Below are positions 43,933 through 54,777 of a stretch of 64,000 bases of DNA, piece by piece; positions within the stretch are counted from its first letter, which is position 1, and every line of letters starts with the position of its first letter. The DNA comes from Histomonas meleagridis 2922-C6/04-290x (lineage: Eukaryota > Protista > Parabasalia): positions 1 through 64,000 of the forward strand of contig JAANOX010000280.1 of the NCBI GenBank assembly GCA_020184695.1, in the 5' to 3' direction. A program made the translations under genes and the position numbers. A model generated the notes under the pieces. The model did not search any database and was not told the DNA's origin. It saw only the letters and a program-made list of their open reading frames with translations.

Positions 43933-44074
43933 ATGAACTTCGAAAACCTTTCTTCTCTTCCATTTACATGTGGATCGGAGCTTTGCAATTACCTCAAAGA
44001 GTTAGCAACCAGAAATGGATTTAGTATTTTTTTAAAAGATTCGAAAAATTCAAACATATTAAGATTTTATCGTT
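43933..44074 (+). pseudogene. Truncated MULE transposase N-terminus (FAR1-like DNA-binding start)
   Basis: MNFENLSSLPFTCGSELCNYLKELATRNGFSIFLKDSKNSNILRFY resembles F...E...Y...A...GF...RF motifs; it runs directly into the right TIR. Confidence 0.45.
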
Positions 44075-44414
44075 CCAACGCTCACATTCACAGAATCAAA
44101 CACATTCACAATTAGAGGCAGTGACCATTAGGTGGTGCTAATAAACATTTTTAGACGATTTTTTAATAAATAAAACATTGGAAGTGTCTTTTGTTCAACC
44201 TCATGGGTAGGGTATCAGTGTGTTTTTTTTAAAAGCAATTTAATCGTCTTTTTTTTTTTTTTTTTTACCGATAAACTCAATTTATTCGGTTTTCTCCAAC
44301 TTCGAAAAAAAATCCACTGCTGAAACCCATAAATTTTCACAATGACTGTTAAAAAATTGAACACCCGGGGACATGTCCCCGGGGACTGTCCCCTGGGGAC
44401 ATCTGAATTAATTC
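44075..44414 (-). repeat. Right terminal inverted repeat of the MULE
   Basis: Near-perfect reverse complement of 42996-43335. Confidence 0.92.
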
Positions 44415-44838
44415 TTTTATAAATTTCTTTTTCTTTTATTTCAAGCTTTCTTATATATTCTAAACATATATCAACTGAATTTTCCGAAATAAAATATGAA
44501 TAAACAATTGAACAAATAATAAAATTAAAAGAATATGAAAATTCTTCATTAAAATATGATAAAGTTAATTCAACTGTTTCATCAATATTGTTGTCATTCA
44601 AATTAAAAATGATTTGCTCAAAAGATTGAAGTGTTGGAGATTTTTATTTGAAGATATTCCACCACCCATTGATATGTCACTTTTGTTTCGTATAAACAAC
44701 AAACAGTCACAAATAAAATATATTTTGTTATCAGCAATATGTCAATATACTTTATTTAAATTGTTAATCATTTTCTTCACACAAAAATATTTTTTTTAAC
44801 GAATGATTACTAAAAAAAATTAAACACTTTGTTTTTTT

Positions 44839-47280
44839 TTATTCATTATTCGACATATTTACTAATAATTTTTCAACTGAATACACATATTGAATGAAAG
44901 AATTTAATTCTTCTTCTTGTTCCTCATCTATCACTTTGATTTTCAAGTTTGGTAATTTTTGCAAAAACGTCTCCAAATATTTTGACATTGAATACAAATT
45001 TGTGATTTCGCTTTGTAACAAAATGTAAACGAACACCTCAGAAATTTCATCTTGTTCCGGCTTTGTAAAGTATTCAAGCTTCAAAATATGCCTGACCAAT
45101 TTCAATGATTTATGTATAATTCTGAGCGCTTCTATCGGTATTTCCAAGAACATTGCTTCTTTCAGCTTGTGTATGATAAAAGCGAAATTTGAAGGGGTTA
45201 GAATCAAGCCCAGGAACTTATCGGACATTTTATTTCTATAACATTCCAAATTTTGTTTAGATTTTTCATAAATGAACGCGTCCTTTTTCTTTAATTCTTC
45301 ATCATTTAAACATTGGAAATCATTTAAAGTAATTTGTTGCATTACATAAGAATGGAAATTATAGACGACGTCATTCAATGTATAATCAGCGAAAGGTGCA
45401 ATGAATTCCTTAATTTTTATCAAGTTTTCATTGATGAATCCCGAGAACGTTTCTTTATTTTCAAGAAACTCATTTTTACTTGATTGAATTTGTTGCAAAA
45501 CATTTGGATTTTTCTGTAAGTATAACGTCAATATATAATATATCAAAATTGATAATGTGTCCTTATTTTTCCTTTGGATTTGATTATAATCTTCTTTAAC
45601 ATCATGTAATAAGATACAAGTCTTCGATATATTAATATCTAAACAATTGATATAATTAATTCTTCTTCGAAACTCAGCTTCAAGTGATGGAATTATTGTG
45701 TTCTTTTCATCCTTAGGAACATCGTTATATGCCATATTTAAATTCCGGATATAAGTCTCATGGATATACTTATGTTGTAAGATCATATTATGTTCATGAT
45801 ATTCAAAGAATTGTTCATAACCATTCGGTGAAGTTTCATCAACATCAAAGAATTCCATAAATTTATATATCGCATCGCCAACTATGGATGATTTGTTCTT
45901 CGGTAATTTCTCAATCTCTTCATCAGGTATTATTGGCTTCTTAATTCGAAACACATCAAAATCCCAAACTTCATAGCGGAAGAAATCAAATGAAACGCTT
46001 TGATTTGTTTGAAGCTTTTTTGCAACGTTTAATAATGTTCCATTAGTTAATACTAATTGTAAGACATCGGATAATAAAAAGATATCAGGTAATGAAAATA
46101 ATAACAAAATAAAATGCGCTTTAAGTGTCGGTAATATATCATTAAGTTTAGGGCCTGTTAAAACATATTCTTTATTGTCATCAATTGATATTAAATCATT
46201 TAAAAATGGTTCAAATGGAAGAAGTTCGATTTTGGCGCTGTCATATTTAGGATATCGAAGTTTAATTTGATTTGGATGTAAGATAAAACGAAACAATTGC
46301 GCTAACATTTGTAAACAGCGCGCTGGTCCAAATGGTGATATATCTAAATAAAAAGTCGACGGTAATACGCCATACGCTTTTGGATTAGATATCGATGGAA
46401 CTAAGATACTATCAAGAAACAATGTTTCAGCTCGTGATAAACGAGTTTCAGTGTCTTTCGATAGCGTAGTGAAACGACGGATAATAGTTCGTACATCGCT
46501 TGGGAATATTTCAATGTTTTCATGCATGTGATTTATCATATCAGATGCATATTCAGTTAGCTTGTCAAAGAAGATTTGTTGGTCATTTGGAAGTTTCGAT
46601 AGACGTTGAAGCTCTTGGTCACGTACAAGTCGATATATGGTACTACCAATTGAGATTCGAAGAAATTGATTGATGCCTGAAGAATGAATATAGTTCTTAA
46701 TACAATCAAAGAGCCAATGTTCTCGAAAGTTTTGTAATGTGGATGATGGAATATGTTCAGCAATGGAAAAAATAAATGATAAAAAACTTTCGCGGAGTTC
46801 AACGGCCCAATTATAACCAAAAAGAGCAGGAACAGTGGAACACACAAAAAATTCTCGAGCTTTGACACCGGCTGGAAGATATGGCGGATTATCTGGAAAA
46901 TTATCAAAATTTAATAAGGCAAGTTTTTCGGGTAATTTATCCAATTGTGTATAAAGCTCTTTTAATAATTTTGTAATGTTTGAACGATAAGAACTAATAC
47001 CTGATAATTCAACAAGTCGTTCTGCAATTTTGAAACCATTTGGTTTCATAAAAGGAAGTTGTGATGTGGATTGTACATTTGAAGAAGAAAGCTTAAGGAA
47101 ATAACCAGTACGAAGTGAGGTTAAACATCTGATTTCTTGTAGGCTTTTGACTTTATTTAATAATTTTTTTCTAAGATTTGTTAGTTCATGATTTTTAAGT
47201 GTAGTCGTAGCACCTACTTCTTTGGCTTGTCGATGGAAATCAACAAGCTCTCTTTTTATTGGAATAGGTGTTGATTTCAT
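44839..47280 (-). CDS. RasGAP-like + VPS9-like domain protein (GAPVD1/RME-6-like)
   Basis: FLDSILVPSISNPKAYG..RCLQMLAQLF GAP-like motif; C-terminal DEISEVFVYILLQS..NLYS..YLETF VPS9-like motif. ATG at 47280. Confidence 0.65.
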   Translation of the reverse strand: MKSTPIPIKRELVDFHRQAKEVGATTTLKNHELTNLRKKLLNKVKSLQEIRCLTSLRTGYFLKLSSSNVQSTSQLPFMKPNGFKIAERLVELSGISSYRSNITKLLKELYTQLDKLPEKLALLNFDNFPDNPPYLPAGVKAREFFVCSTVPALFGYNWAVELRESFLSFIFSIAEHIPSSTLQNFREHWLFDCIKNYIHSSGINQFLRISIGSTIYRLVRDQELQRLSKLPNDQQIFFDKLTEYASDMINHMHENIEIFPSDVRTIIRRFTTLSKDTETRLSRAETLFLDSILVPSISNPKAYGVLPSTFYLDISPFGPARCLQMLAQLFRFILHPNQIKLRYPKYDSAKIELLPFEPFLNDLISIDDNKEYVLTGPKLNDILPTLKAHFILLLFSLPDIFLLSDVLQLVLTNGTLLNVAKKLQTNQSVSFDFFRYEVWDFDVFRIKKPIIPDEEIEKLPKNKSSIVGDAIYKFMEFFDVDETSPNGYEQFFEYHEHNMILQHKYIHETYIRNLNMAYNDVPKDEKNTIIPSLEAEFRRRINYINCLDINISKTCILLHDVKEDYNQIQRKNKDTLSILIYYILTLYLQKNPNVLQQIQSSKNEFLENKETFSGFINENLIKIKEFIAPFADYTLNDVVYNFHSYVMQQITLNDFQCLNDEELKKKDAFIYEKSKQNLECYRNKMSDKFLGLILTPSNFAFIIHKLKEAMFLEIPIEALRIIHKSLKLVRHILKLEYFTKPEQDEISEVFVYILLQSEITNLYSMSKYLETFLQKLPNLKIKVIDEEQEEELNSFIQYVYSVEKLLVNMSNNE

Positions 47281-47357
47281 AAAAATTTGCAAAAATTAAC
47301 GGTTTCGCTTTATTTGCACAGTCACTTTTTGGTTTAATATTAACAAACGTGCGGCAA

Positions 47358-47804
47358 ATGGATGGGACCGAGGTAATTGAATCCGAATTCCCAACAATTA
47401 TGCAAATTCCCAATGCAGACACTGATGAAGAAGAAATGTTCGCTGAACAAGCAAAGCTATTTAAATTTTCTCGTGAAAAAAATGAATGGATAGAAAGAGG
47501 ATCTGGAATTATCAAAATTTTAAAGAATTGTGAAACTGGTTTCACAAGGATTTTGATGAGACAAAATCAAACATTTAGAGTTCGTGCAAACCATCATATA
47601 CCATATCTTGGAAGTTTGCATGAATTACCTGGAAGTGGCTGTGAGTTCTCATGGACCGCTTTTGATTTTTCTGAAAGCAAAAATGAGGATAATAGAGAAC
47701 TTTTTGCTGTAAGATTTGTTTTGCCAGCAACAGCAGAAAGATTCAAAAGCGTATTTGAAGATGCACAAATTTCTAACAAAGAATTAATGGAATCACAAGA
47801 GTAA
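47358..47804 (+). CDS. RANBP1: Ran-binding domain protein (RanBP1-like)
   Basis: EEEMF...AKLFKF..EWIERGSG.IKILK..RILMRQ.QT.RVRANH..W.A.DFS..FAVRF. Confidence 0.85.
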   Translation: MDGTEVIESEFPTIMQIPNADTDEEEMFAEQAKLFKFSREKNEWIERGSGIIKILKNCETGFTRILMRQNQTFRVRANHHIPYLGSLHELPGSGCEFSWTAFDFSESKNEDNRELFAVRFVLPATAERFKSVFEDAQISNKELMESQE

Positions 47805-48012
47805 AGATAATTAAAAAAATGTTTTTAAATTAATTTTTGTTACAACAAATAATTCAATTTTTTTAAAAAATGATTTAAAATACATTGTCATTAGATATAG
47901 AATATCTAATGTGATTTTATATGATGAATTAGAATATTTCTTTTTATATTGCAACATTATTGAAATGGCAAAAAGAAAACTATTCAAATATTTTGACAAA
48001 AACAGAAATTTG

Positions 48013-49410
48013 ATGATATCATTTAAAAAAGAATCATTAAGTATCAAACGCTATAAAAGAATTTCTTTTTTGCAAAATATTCGAAATTTTGCTTCAGATT
48101 CTTTTGTTGATGATTTGACAATTAATCCCGAATTTTTTTTATCTTTTCAAGATTTTGAAAAAGAGCTTCAAGAAGGATTTATTTCACTTATTAGCTCTGA
48201 CTACAATGCATTCTTACAACATTTACACAAGATTTCATATCATTTTATGATTCCAAATATTAAAATCAAATCTTACATTCAAATGTATCAAATATCTCAA
48301 TTTGCTTTTCGTTTAAATTATGAACTAACAGTTCCAGACTTCAATGAATGTGCTCCATTTGTGATTCAATTATATATTATATTAACCTCCAATGATGATA
48401 ATTTTTGTAATTATTTATTAATCAATGATTTTGGTAATACCATTGATTATTTACGCGAAGTATTACCTGCGGAGTTTCATCCATTATTAATGATTTGTAT
48501 GTATAACTTATGCAGCATCTCAAATCTCATTCAAAACGGCGAGAAAGCTCAAAATTTTATAAAAGGAAAATTATTTTGTTTAACAGAAGAACATTATTAT
48601 CTTATTCCACTTATTCTTATCAATATATTACGTAATCATTCCATCGATGACGAGGAAGTCAACAAAACATTTTTTAATATAATGACACACCTTATAATTA
48701 ATGGCGATGAAACAACAGTTATTAATTCCATTTGGTGTTTATATTTCTGGTTTAAGAATAGTTATCAAATAATGGATGAATATATCACTAATTCATTTGT
48801 CCAAATGATATCAAATCTAATGAATACTGATAATGAAATTATTGTAGCGATTTCTTTATATATTTATTCGATAATGTTTTTTTCAACTGATCAAAAAATC
48901 ATTTTTTATTTAGAGAATAATTTAAACATTACGAATGTTATAAATTTTATTAAATTCGATTCACCAAATATTTCGTCATGTGCAATTGTTTTGTGTAATA
49001 ATTTCATCTCTTTAAAATTCGAAAATTTAAGTTGTTTCGAACAGAATAATGGTTTGGATGGTATAATGTGGACAATTGATAATGGATCTTTTAGAGCTAA
49101 AATCGAAGCAGGATTTTTGTTGATAACTTTCTTTCATTGTATAAATGATGAAATGTTTGATGATAGAATGAGCGATGAAATCATAAAATCTTTTTGCGAT
49201 TTGTTGACAATTGGTGAGTATCAAATACAATACGCAATTTTGAAGTTTTTAGCTGAGGCTGTGATAAAAAATGAGTTCGTGTTGGAATGTTTGGAAAATG
49301 CGGAATTTGAAAATCTGGTTTTAAACTTGGAGTTGACTTATGAAGAATTAACAGAATTATCAAATGAAATTCTTCATAAGATTAATGAAAGAAGAAACGA
49401 AAGTGTTTAA
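48013..49410 (+). CDS. Armadillo/importin-alpha-like repeat protein
   Basis: ARM helices (LLMICMYNL, VINSIWCLYF, NGSFRAKIEAGFLL). Likely start MISFKKE at 48013; alternative ATG at 47966. Confidence 0.75.
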   Translation: MISFKKESLSIKRYKRISFLQNIRNFASDSFVDDLTINPEFFLSFQDFEKELQEGFISLISSDYNAFLQHLHKISYHFMIPNIKIKSYIQMYQISQFAFRLNYELTVPDFNECAPFVIQLYIILTSNDDNFCNYLLINDFGNTIDYLREVLPAEFHPLLMICMYNLCSISNLIQNGEKAQNFIKGKLFCLTEEHYYLIPLILINILRNHSIDDEEVNKTFFNIMTHLIINGDETTVINSIWCLYFWFKNSYQIMDEYITNSFVQMISNLMNTDNEIIVAISLYIYSIMFFSTDQKIIFYLENNLNITNVINFIKFDSPNISSCAIVLCNNFISLKFENLSCFEQNNGLDGIMWTIDNGSFRAKIEAGFLLITFFHCINDEMFDDRMSDEIIKSFCDLLTIGEYQIQYAILKFLAEAVIKNEFVLECLENAEFENLVLNLELTYEELTELSNEILHKINERRNESV

Positions 49411-50062
49411 ATAAAATTTGTTTGATATGCTTTTTGTTTTTGATGAGACCAGGAAATCAGATTAAATCCCTTGAAAAACAAGGGAATAAATATAAATTTT
49501 TCTAAGAATGATTTATTCGATTTGGGAAAATTTATGATTAAATATATATATATTCTAATGAATATTCATTCGAATTGATATATTGTTCATTTAATTTCTG
49601 TAGAAATTTTCATACATAAATGAGTACATTAGTATATTGAATATAAAAATATCATTTTCATTAATATTTGATGAATAAATTAATAGAAATATTCATAAGG
49701 TCAATTTATTTCACATATTTTAAATAGAAATAAACGTCCCCGGCGACTTTTTGTGATATTTATATTATGAATAACAACATAAAAATATTATTATCTTCTC
49801 ATTAATTTGGATCTTATAATTGGGAATGAATTTTTCATATTAACAATCTATTCGAAATATATTTACAAATATATAAAAATTCAATACGAGGGAAAGGTAT
49901 TGACACTGTCCAGGTCAGAGTCTTTTAGCGGAAATACGATAAAACTTTTTGTAAGACAATTCACTCGAAACTGATCGTTTTTTTCTTCCAACTTTTGAAT
50001 TTGAGTTTATTTTTAAACGTCTTCAAAACACATCAAACAAAATAAAGTTGTGAATATGGGTT

Positions 50063-51958
50063 TTATAATTTTTGTTTGCGGATGTACATGTAGTGTCCCA
50101 CGCCAATAGCAGCACAAACTAATACCGCAATAACTGTTACTACAATAATCACTGGCCATGCCCATGATGGCGTTTTAGTTTCAGTCAACCAACCACCACC
50201 GCATTTCTCCATGAATGGACTATCTTTAGAACCTGCGTAACAATTCTTTGTTTCATAACAGAATCCACATAACTTATTCCTAGCGAAACAGTCCTTCTTA
50301 TTATCTTCTTTTCCATCTTTACGAGCGCAGATATCAAATTCGTCTGATTCGAATTGTTCCCAAGTGAAGTTCCAAAATGCTGGAAGTCCATCGAAGTTAA
50401 TTGGTGTGTTTTCTAAGTTCCATTGTGTAAAGTTCCAAGCTGGAATGCCATTCTTTTCATCATTTGGAGGTGATGCGAGTGCATGCATTCTCATTTTAGA
50501 AATAGCTTCTTTAAGACGTAAGCATTTGGAATCTAATCCTCCAAAGTTGTTACGATTACCATATGGTGTTGATGGTAATGGTCTAAGGTCATAACGTGAT
50601 GCTATTTGTTGTGCTGGATCACCTTGTGAAAAGTTATCACGTTTATAATTGTTATAACGCATAAAGGCTTTGAATGTGTCAAAGTCGTTGATACGAGGAA
50701 CTTCACGTTTCATTAAGAGATAACGGGGTGACTCATAATAGGAACGATAGGGACCGTAAATGCCAAGCGACTTAACGTATTCGGGGTACCCTGCAAGGTT
50801 GTACAAGTCTTCATGCCAGGGAACGTTAATGGAGGGGAAGTAGCTATCGTTCACTAATTGCTCGGTGACATCACTCATACGATAGGTGCCTGGGAATTGC
50901 TCAATGATCCATAAGAGGTCTTTAGTTGGCTTAACGCCAAATGTAAGTTGCTTAGAATCAACAATAACATATTGGTTGTTGTATGTGCCGGAATTGTGTT
51001 TGATGAATGTTTCTGCCCATTCTTTACCATTATCACATGACCACACGGAAAGGTATGCACGAACCCATGTGAATAAGCTTTGTGGTACACAGGCTTTATA
51101 AAGGTCATCATTGTAATTATTCAATGTTGTCTCGATGACAAAAAGTCCGGCATCATTGATATAAAAGTCATCATATGAAGAGATCTTTCCAATACGTGTT
51201 GACATTATAACACGATGTGCTTTGAATCCTGCATTCTCACTAAGATGAAGATTATACTCCTTAAGTTCTCCATGAAGTTCTCTGTAGTCACTCCATGCAT
51301 CATGAGCGAAATAGATATCATCATATCCTGGTGTAAGTTTGACTAAACCAGTACAATGTTCACGGAATTCTTTGGCTGGTTTATCATCCTTGAAAATGGC
51401 TGCAATGTCAAACATATCGCCGGCTGATTGGAAGAACCAATGATCGAAAAGAGACATATTTTGTTCTGGATGACCTGATTCAGAAATTGCAAAATCATAA
51501 CCAGCTACAATACCATGGAATTGTTGTAAGATTAAACCAACCTTTTGCCAGTATGGGCTTTCTAAGTAGGCCTCAACTGAGAGTTTTGTGTAATTATAAT
51601 TTGCCTCGATAAAATCATGGATTTTTGGTGGATAAATTTGTCCACGTGGATAACCTTTGATATCTTTGATGAGGTTGTAATGATTGTAAATTCCTTCGTG
51701 TGCAAGATAACCTTCAAGGAATCCAGTGCAATACATAATGTCTGCATCATCGTTGCCTTCAATTCCTGTTATGTGCATCTTGTACCAACCAACAGCATGA
51801 ATAGAATTGTTGTATACCGCATATGCTACTGCGCCTGTTGCATTCTTGTCAACACCTTTCTTTAAGGTAAATGCTCCATTAACCTTATAGCAGGTGGCAC
51901 TTGTGACATTGTACAAGACTTCAGAGACAGTAAGTTGGAGAAGAAGGTGCAACAACAT
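50063..51958 (-). CDS. Phospholipase B-like (PLBD) membrane protein
   Basis: Signal peptide, GFLEGYL, HCTGLVK, ISSYDDFY, IETT, NSGTYNNQY, MRYNNY, IASRYDL, GGLDSK, C-terminal TM. Confidence 0.92.
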   Translation of the reverse strand: MLLHLLLQLTVSEVLYNVTSATCYKVNGAFTLKKGVDKNATGAVAYAVYNNSIHAVGWYKMHITGIEGNDDADIMYCTGFLEGYLAHEGIYNHYNLIKDIKGYPRGQIYPPKIHDFIEANYNYTKLSVEAYLESPYWQKVGLILQQFHGIVAGYDFAISESGHPEQNMSLFDHWFFQSAGDMFDIAAIFKDDKPAKEFREHCTGLVKLTPGYDDIYFAHDAWSDYRELHGELKEYNLHLSENAGFKAHRVIMSTRIGKISSYDDFYINDAGLFVIETTLNNYNDDLYKACVPQSLFTWVRAYLSVWSCDNGKEWAETFIKHNSGTYNNQYVIVDSKQLTFGVKPTKDLLWIIEQFPGTYRMSDVTEQLVNDSYFPSINVPWHEDLYNLAGYPEYVKSLGIYGPYRSYYESPRYLLMKREVPRINDFDTFKAFMRYNNYKRDNFSQGDPAQQIASRYDLRPLPSTPYGNRNNFGGLDSKCLRLKEAISKMRMHALASPPNDEKNGIPAWNFTQWNLENTPINFDGLPAFWNFTWEQFESDEFDICARKDGKEDNKKDCFARNKLCGFCYETKNCYAGSKDSPFMEKCGGGWLTETKTPSWAWPVIIVVTVIAVLVCAAIGVGHYMYIRKQKL

Positions 51959-52259
51959 CTGTATCTTTTGCTTTCAAATGTACTCTGAATTTTCTGATGT
52001 TTACTCAGATCAATGAAGTCATCGTTTTGAACGTTTTAGAAGACGTTAGACAACTTAAAGTAAAACTTCCTTGTGAATTTTTTTAAACATTTAAAATTCA
52101 AGCAACAAATTAAATATTTATCATTGGTGGTACAGAATTAAAATTCAGATGAGTTTTTATATAATAATGTGATGAAATTGATTTTAGAAAACACCTACTT
52201 GAGCTAGCACTTTTTGTTCATTGGGTTTTTGTCAAATATCAGTTATCGAAATGGATCAA

Positions 52260-52408
52260 ACAGACCTATTGAATTCGTCACTTGCCTTCGGGCACTTGAC
52301 CTTGAAGAAGCAAGACATTTTCTTGCTAATATGAGGTTAATGACACCTGTCTAACCCCAGCGCTAACACGTTCCGTTTCGTAGTTAGCTGCCATGGTTAG
52401 GTACATAT
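52260..52408 (+). ncRNA. Candidate structured RNA with H/ACA-like 3' hairpin
   Basis: cUUCGg-capped hairpin 52277-52300, 7-bp hairpin 52309-52327, ANANNA (ATATGA) at 52329, and a pocket-containing hairpin 52351-52400 followed by ACA at 52403, 14 nt from the upper stem. Confidence 0.4.
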
Positions 52409-52704
52409 TTAATTTAATTTTCTTTTTGCTTATTTTTAACATATTGTCTTTTTCTTCATGTGAATTTGTTAGGTGTGCGTTTAATCCTGTGTGTTTGTGA
52501 TGTAAAACTTATTTCTTAATTGATCATAATCAATTCATTTGCGTATTAAAAAATATTTAGTATGAAAACCTTTCTATAAGCATATCTGTTGTTGTTTCAT
52601 TTGTACTAAAAGGATAGTTTAGGTGTTAAAAGTCTTTTACGTAAAGAAGTCTTCTTCCAGCCCCTCGATTTATTAAACAAAGATAGTGAATTTGAGTCTG
52701 ACCA

Positions 52705-54777
52705 ATGGAATGTAGGATTATTTTTGAATTTAAAGATGACAAACAATTTAATGCCACGCTAAGTCTTAAAGCAGAACGAAAAGAAGCTTTTATTGAATTT
52801 GATGAGGTATTAGAAAATGATTATACTAAATGGATTTTTTCTTTTTTTCAAGTTATGTTAGATGAAACAGATCCCACAAGAATTATTTTAACTGGTACGT
52901 ATAATCCAGGTTGTATAATTTTTGAAAACGAAGGTGAACTTAATAATTATTTTCAGTATTTGAAGCAAATGACAAGAATCATTCCAATTTCACCACAAAA
53001 TGTATCATTTTTAATAGCTTTGAAAAATCCAACCGATTTACTCGAAAAACAGGAATATACCGTATACATCGATATTAATGCTTTCGATCATTTTATTGAA
53101 ACTCAACTTATAGTTTGGCCAAATCTTAATATGGCTGAAATAGGAATCTTAAAAGAAGATGATTTTCCATGGGATCAATTTTTCTCCTCAATTTTTCAAA
53201 TTAGTGTTGATCCAAATGATCCACTCCAATTAACTCTAAAAGGAAATGGCACCACAGGAAGTTTTGTATTTTCCAATATGCAAGAAGTTACAACAGTTAC
53301 ATCACTTTTTAATAATTTTTTGCAATTTTCATCGATATCTTCCAAACATATTTCATATCGAATTTCATTTAAGTCACAAAAATACATTGGCAATGATTCC
53401 ATTATAGCATCACAAAGACTTGAAAAAGACAATTTTATTTTCACCGAATACATCAACAAAAATCTTAAAATTAATCCCAACGCTAATACCAAAATACCCA
53501 AAGAGTTATCATCACTTTATCAGCGTTTAAGTTATTCATATTCTAACAATGATCAAAATGAATTACTTCAATCAGTCACAGATCTTTACACATATGCATT
53601 TGATCATCCCACAGATTTTGATGTAACACTTAGTGACATTCCAATTCCAGCGATTTTAAACTCATGTTTATCACAGCGAATGCCATTACCATTACGCGAG
53701 TCAACTTTATCTTTCTTTACTAATACATTTAAACAAAGTGATACGTTATTACTTAAACATATGATAAATGAAGGTATAATACCAATTTTACGAAGTATTA
53801 TCTATGAAAGAAATAATGAATTAACATATATCGCATTAGAATGTCTTGGAAACATTACACGTGATTCAATTGATTCACGTGATAATGTATTAAATGTATT
53901 ACGTAATGAAGATTTTTATTATTTTATAATTGAAACGAATAACATAAAGATACAAAAATCAGCTTCTAAATTATTATATTCATGTTGTATATTTAATGTT
54001 GATGAAAATTTATTTTTACGACTTTTACAAATTTTACAAAATTGTCTTTTACAAGGACCTCGAAATATATATCATATTTTACTTGAATCAATTTGTTCTT
54101 TAATAAATAGTAAAGACACAACGAAAATGTTTCTAAATGAATCTAATTCACAAGGTAACATTCCATTGTTATTCTTTTCTTCATTTATAATGGATGATGA
54201 TCCAAAAATTGCGATTTCTTCAATATCTTTTGTGATAACACTAAATTTAAATAATGATAAAGCTGTTCCTATTAATTATGAGCAAGTAATTTCATTATTT
54301 AATAATACGAATAATTCAATTGTGTTTTATGCTTTAAGACTTATTGCAAATGCAATAGTATTGAACGATGAATTATGTGAATTAATAGTTCAATCACAAA
54401 ATATAAAAATTATTTGTAATATCATTTTGGAAGGTACAGGCAAAAATGTAATAGAAGCATTGTTGTTATTATCAAATTTAGTGAGAAAAACTAATAAAAT
54501 GCAATACTATTTACTAATGAGAAATTATAATTTGGTTACAATGTTTGTTGATGGTTTAAGTTTAGAAGATCCATTTTTAGTATTATCATTATTATCAACA
54601 TTAGATAAAATGCTAAGTAATGACTTGGAAAATGGACAAATTAGAAAACAATTCGATGATGCAAATGGTGCCGAAATAATTCAAATGTTAATGGAAAGTG
54701 AAAATGATGATGTCGCTCAAAGAGCGATGATATTCGAAAGAACGTTCGTTGAAAATAATAACCATTATCAGTTTTGA
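52705..54777 (+). CDS. Protein with N-terminal beta-rich domains and C-terminal ARM/importin-alpha-like repeats
   Basis: ALECLGNIT..SRD.VL, ALRLIANAI, EALLLLSNL, QMLMESENDDVAQRA. Confidence 0.8.
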   Translation: MECRIIFEFKDDKQFNATLSLKAERKEAFIEFDEVLENDYTKWIFSFFQVMLDETDPTRIILTGTYNPGCIIFENEGELNNYFQYLKQMTRIIPISPQNVSFLIALKNPTDLLEKQEYTVYIDINAFDHFIETQLIVWPNLNMAEIGILKEDDFPWDQFFSSIFQISVDPNDPLQLTLKGNGTTGSFVFSNMQEVTTVTSLFNNFLQFSSISSKHISYRISFKSQKYIGNDSIIASQRLEKDNFIFTEYINKNLKINPNANTKIPKELSSLYQRLSYSYSNNDQNELLQSVTDLYTYAFDHPTDFDVTLSDIPIPAILNSCLSQRMPLPLRESTLSFFTNTFKQSDTLLLKHMINEGIIPILRSIIYERNNELTYIALECLGNITRDSIDSRDNVLNVLRNEDFYYFIIETNNIKIQKSASKLLYSCCIFNVDENLFLRLLQILQNCLLQGPRNIYHILLESICSLINSKDTTKMFLNESNSQGNIPLLFFSSFIMDDDPKIAISSISFVITLNLNNDKAVPINYEQVISLFNNTNNSIVFYALRLIANAIVLNDELCELIVQSQNIKIICNIILEGTGKNVIEALLLLSNLVRKTNKMQYYLLMRNYNLVTMFVDGLSLEDPFLVLSLLSTLDKMLSNDLENGQIRKQFDDANGAEIIQMLMESENDDVAQRAMIFERTFVENNNHYQF

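Larger units (their letters stand above)
42996..44414. mobile_element. Non-autonomous Mutator-like element (Pack-MULE-like), 1419 bp
   Basis: 9-bp TSD TTTTATAAA (42987-42995 and 44415-44423), G..C termini and ~340-bp TIRs. Removing the element plus one TSD restores the host frame KEKEIYK-IPYEIFDIF. Confidence 0.92.
41131..44669 (-). pseudogene. DUF3447-type/ankyrin paralog disrupted by a MULE insertion, frameshifts and stops
   Basis: MGGGISS start at 44669 with a shift at the A5 run 44641-45. The N-terminal part aligns by eye with the 14195 gene. The core domain lies at 42938-42201, followed by spacer-split ankyrin modules. Confidence 0.8.

Noticed and set aside
42999-44411. TTAA (Kolobok/piggyBac) or TA (mariner) TSD for the TIR element
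   Set aside because: These lie inside the TIRs, and excision on that basis gives an immediate stop. The 9-bp TTTTATAAA TSD restores the host reading frame.
44215-44414. C-terminal half of ORF 44215-44601 as a real protein
   Set aside because: It is read-through from the broken ankyrin gene into the MULE TIR (SDVPRGQSPG...).
52351-52367. Telomerase RNA template (CTAACCC..CTAAC)
   Set aside because: Not a contiguous 1.5x telomeric repeat, and both parts are engaged in stems.
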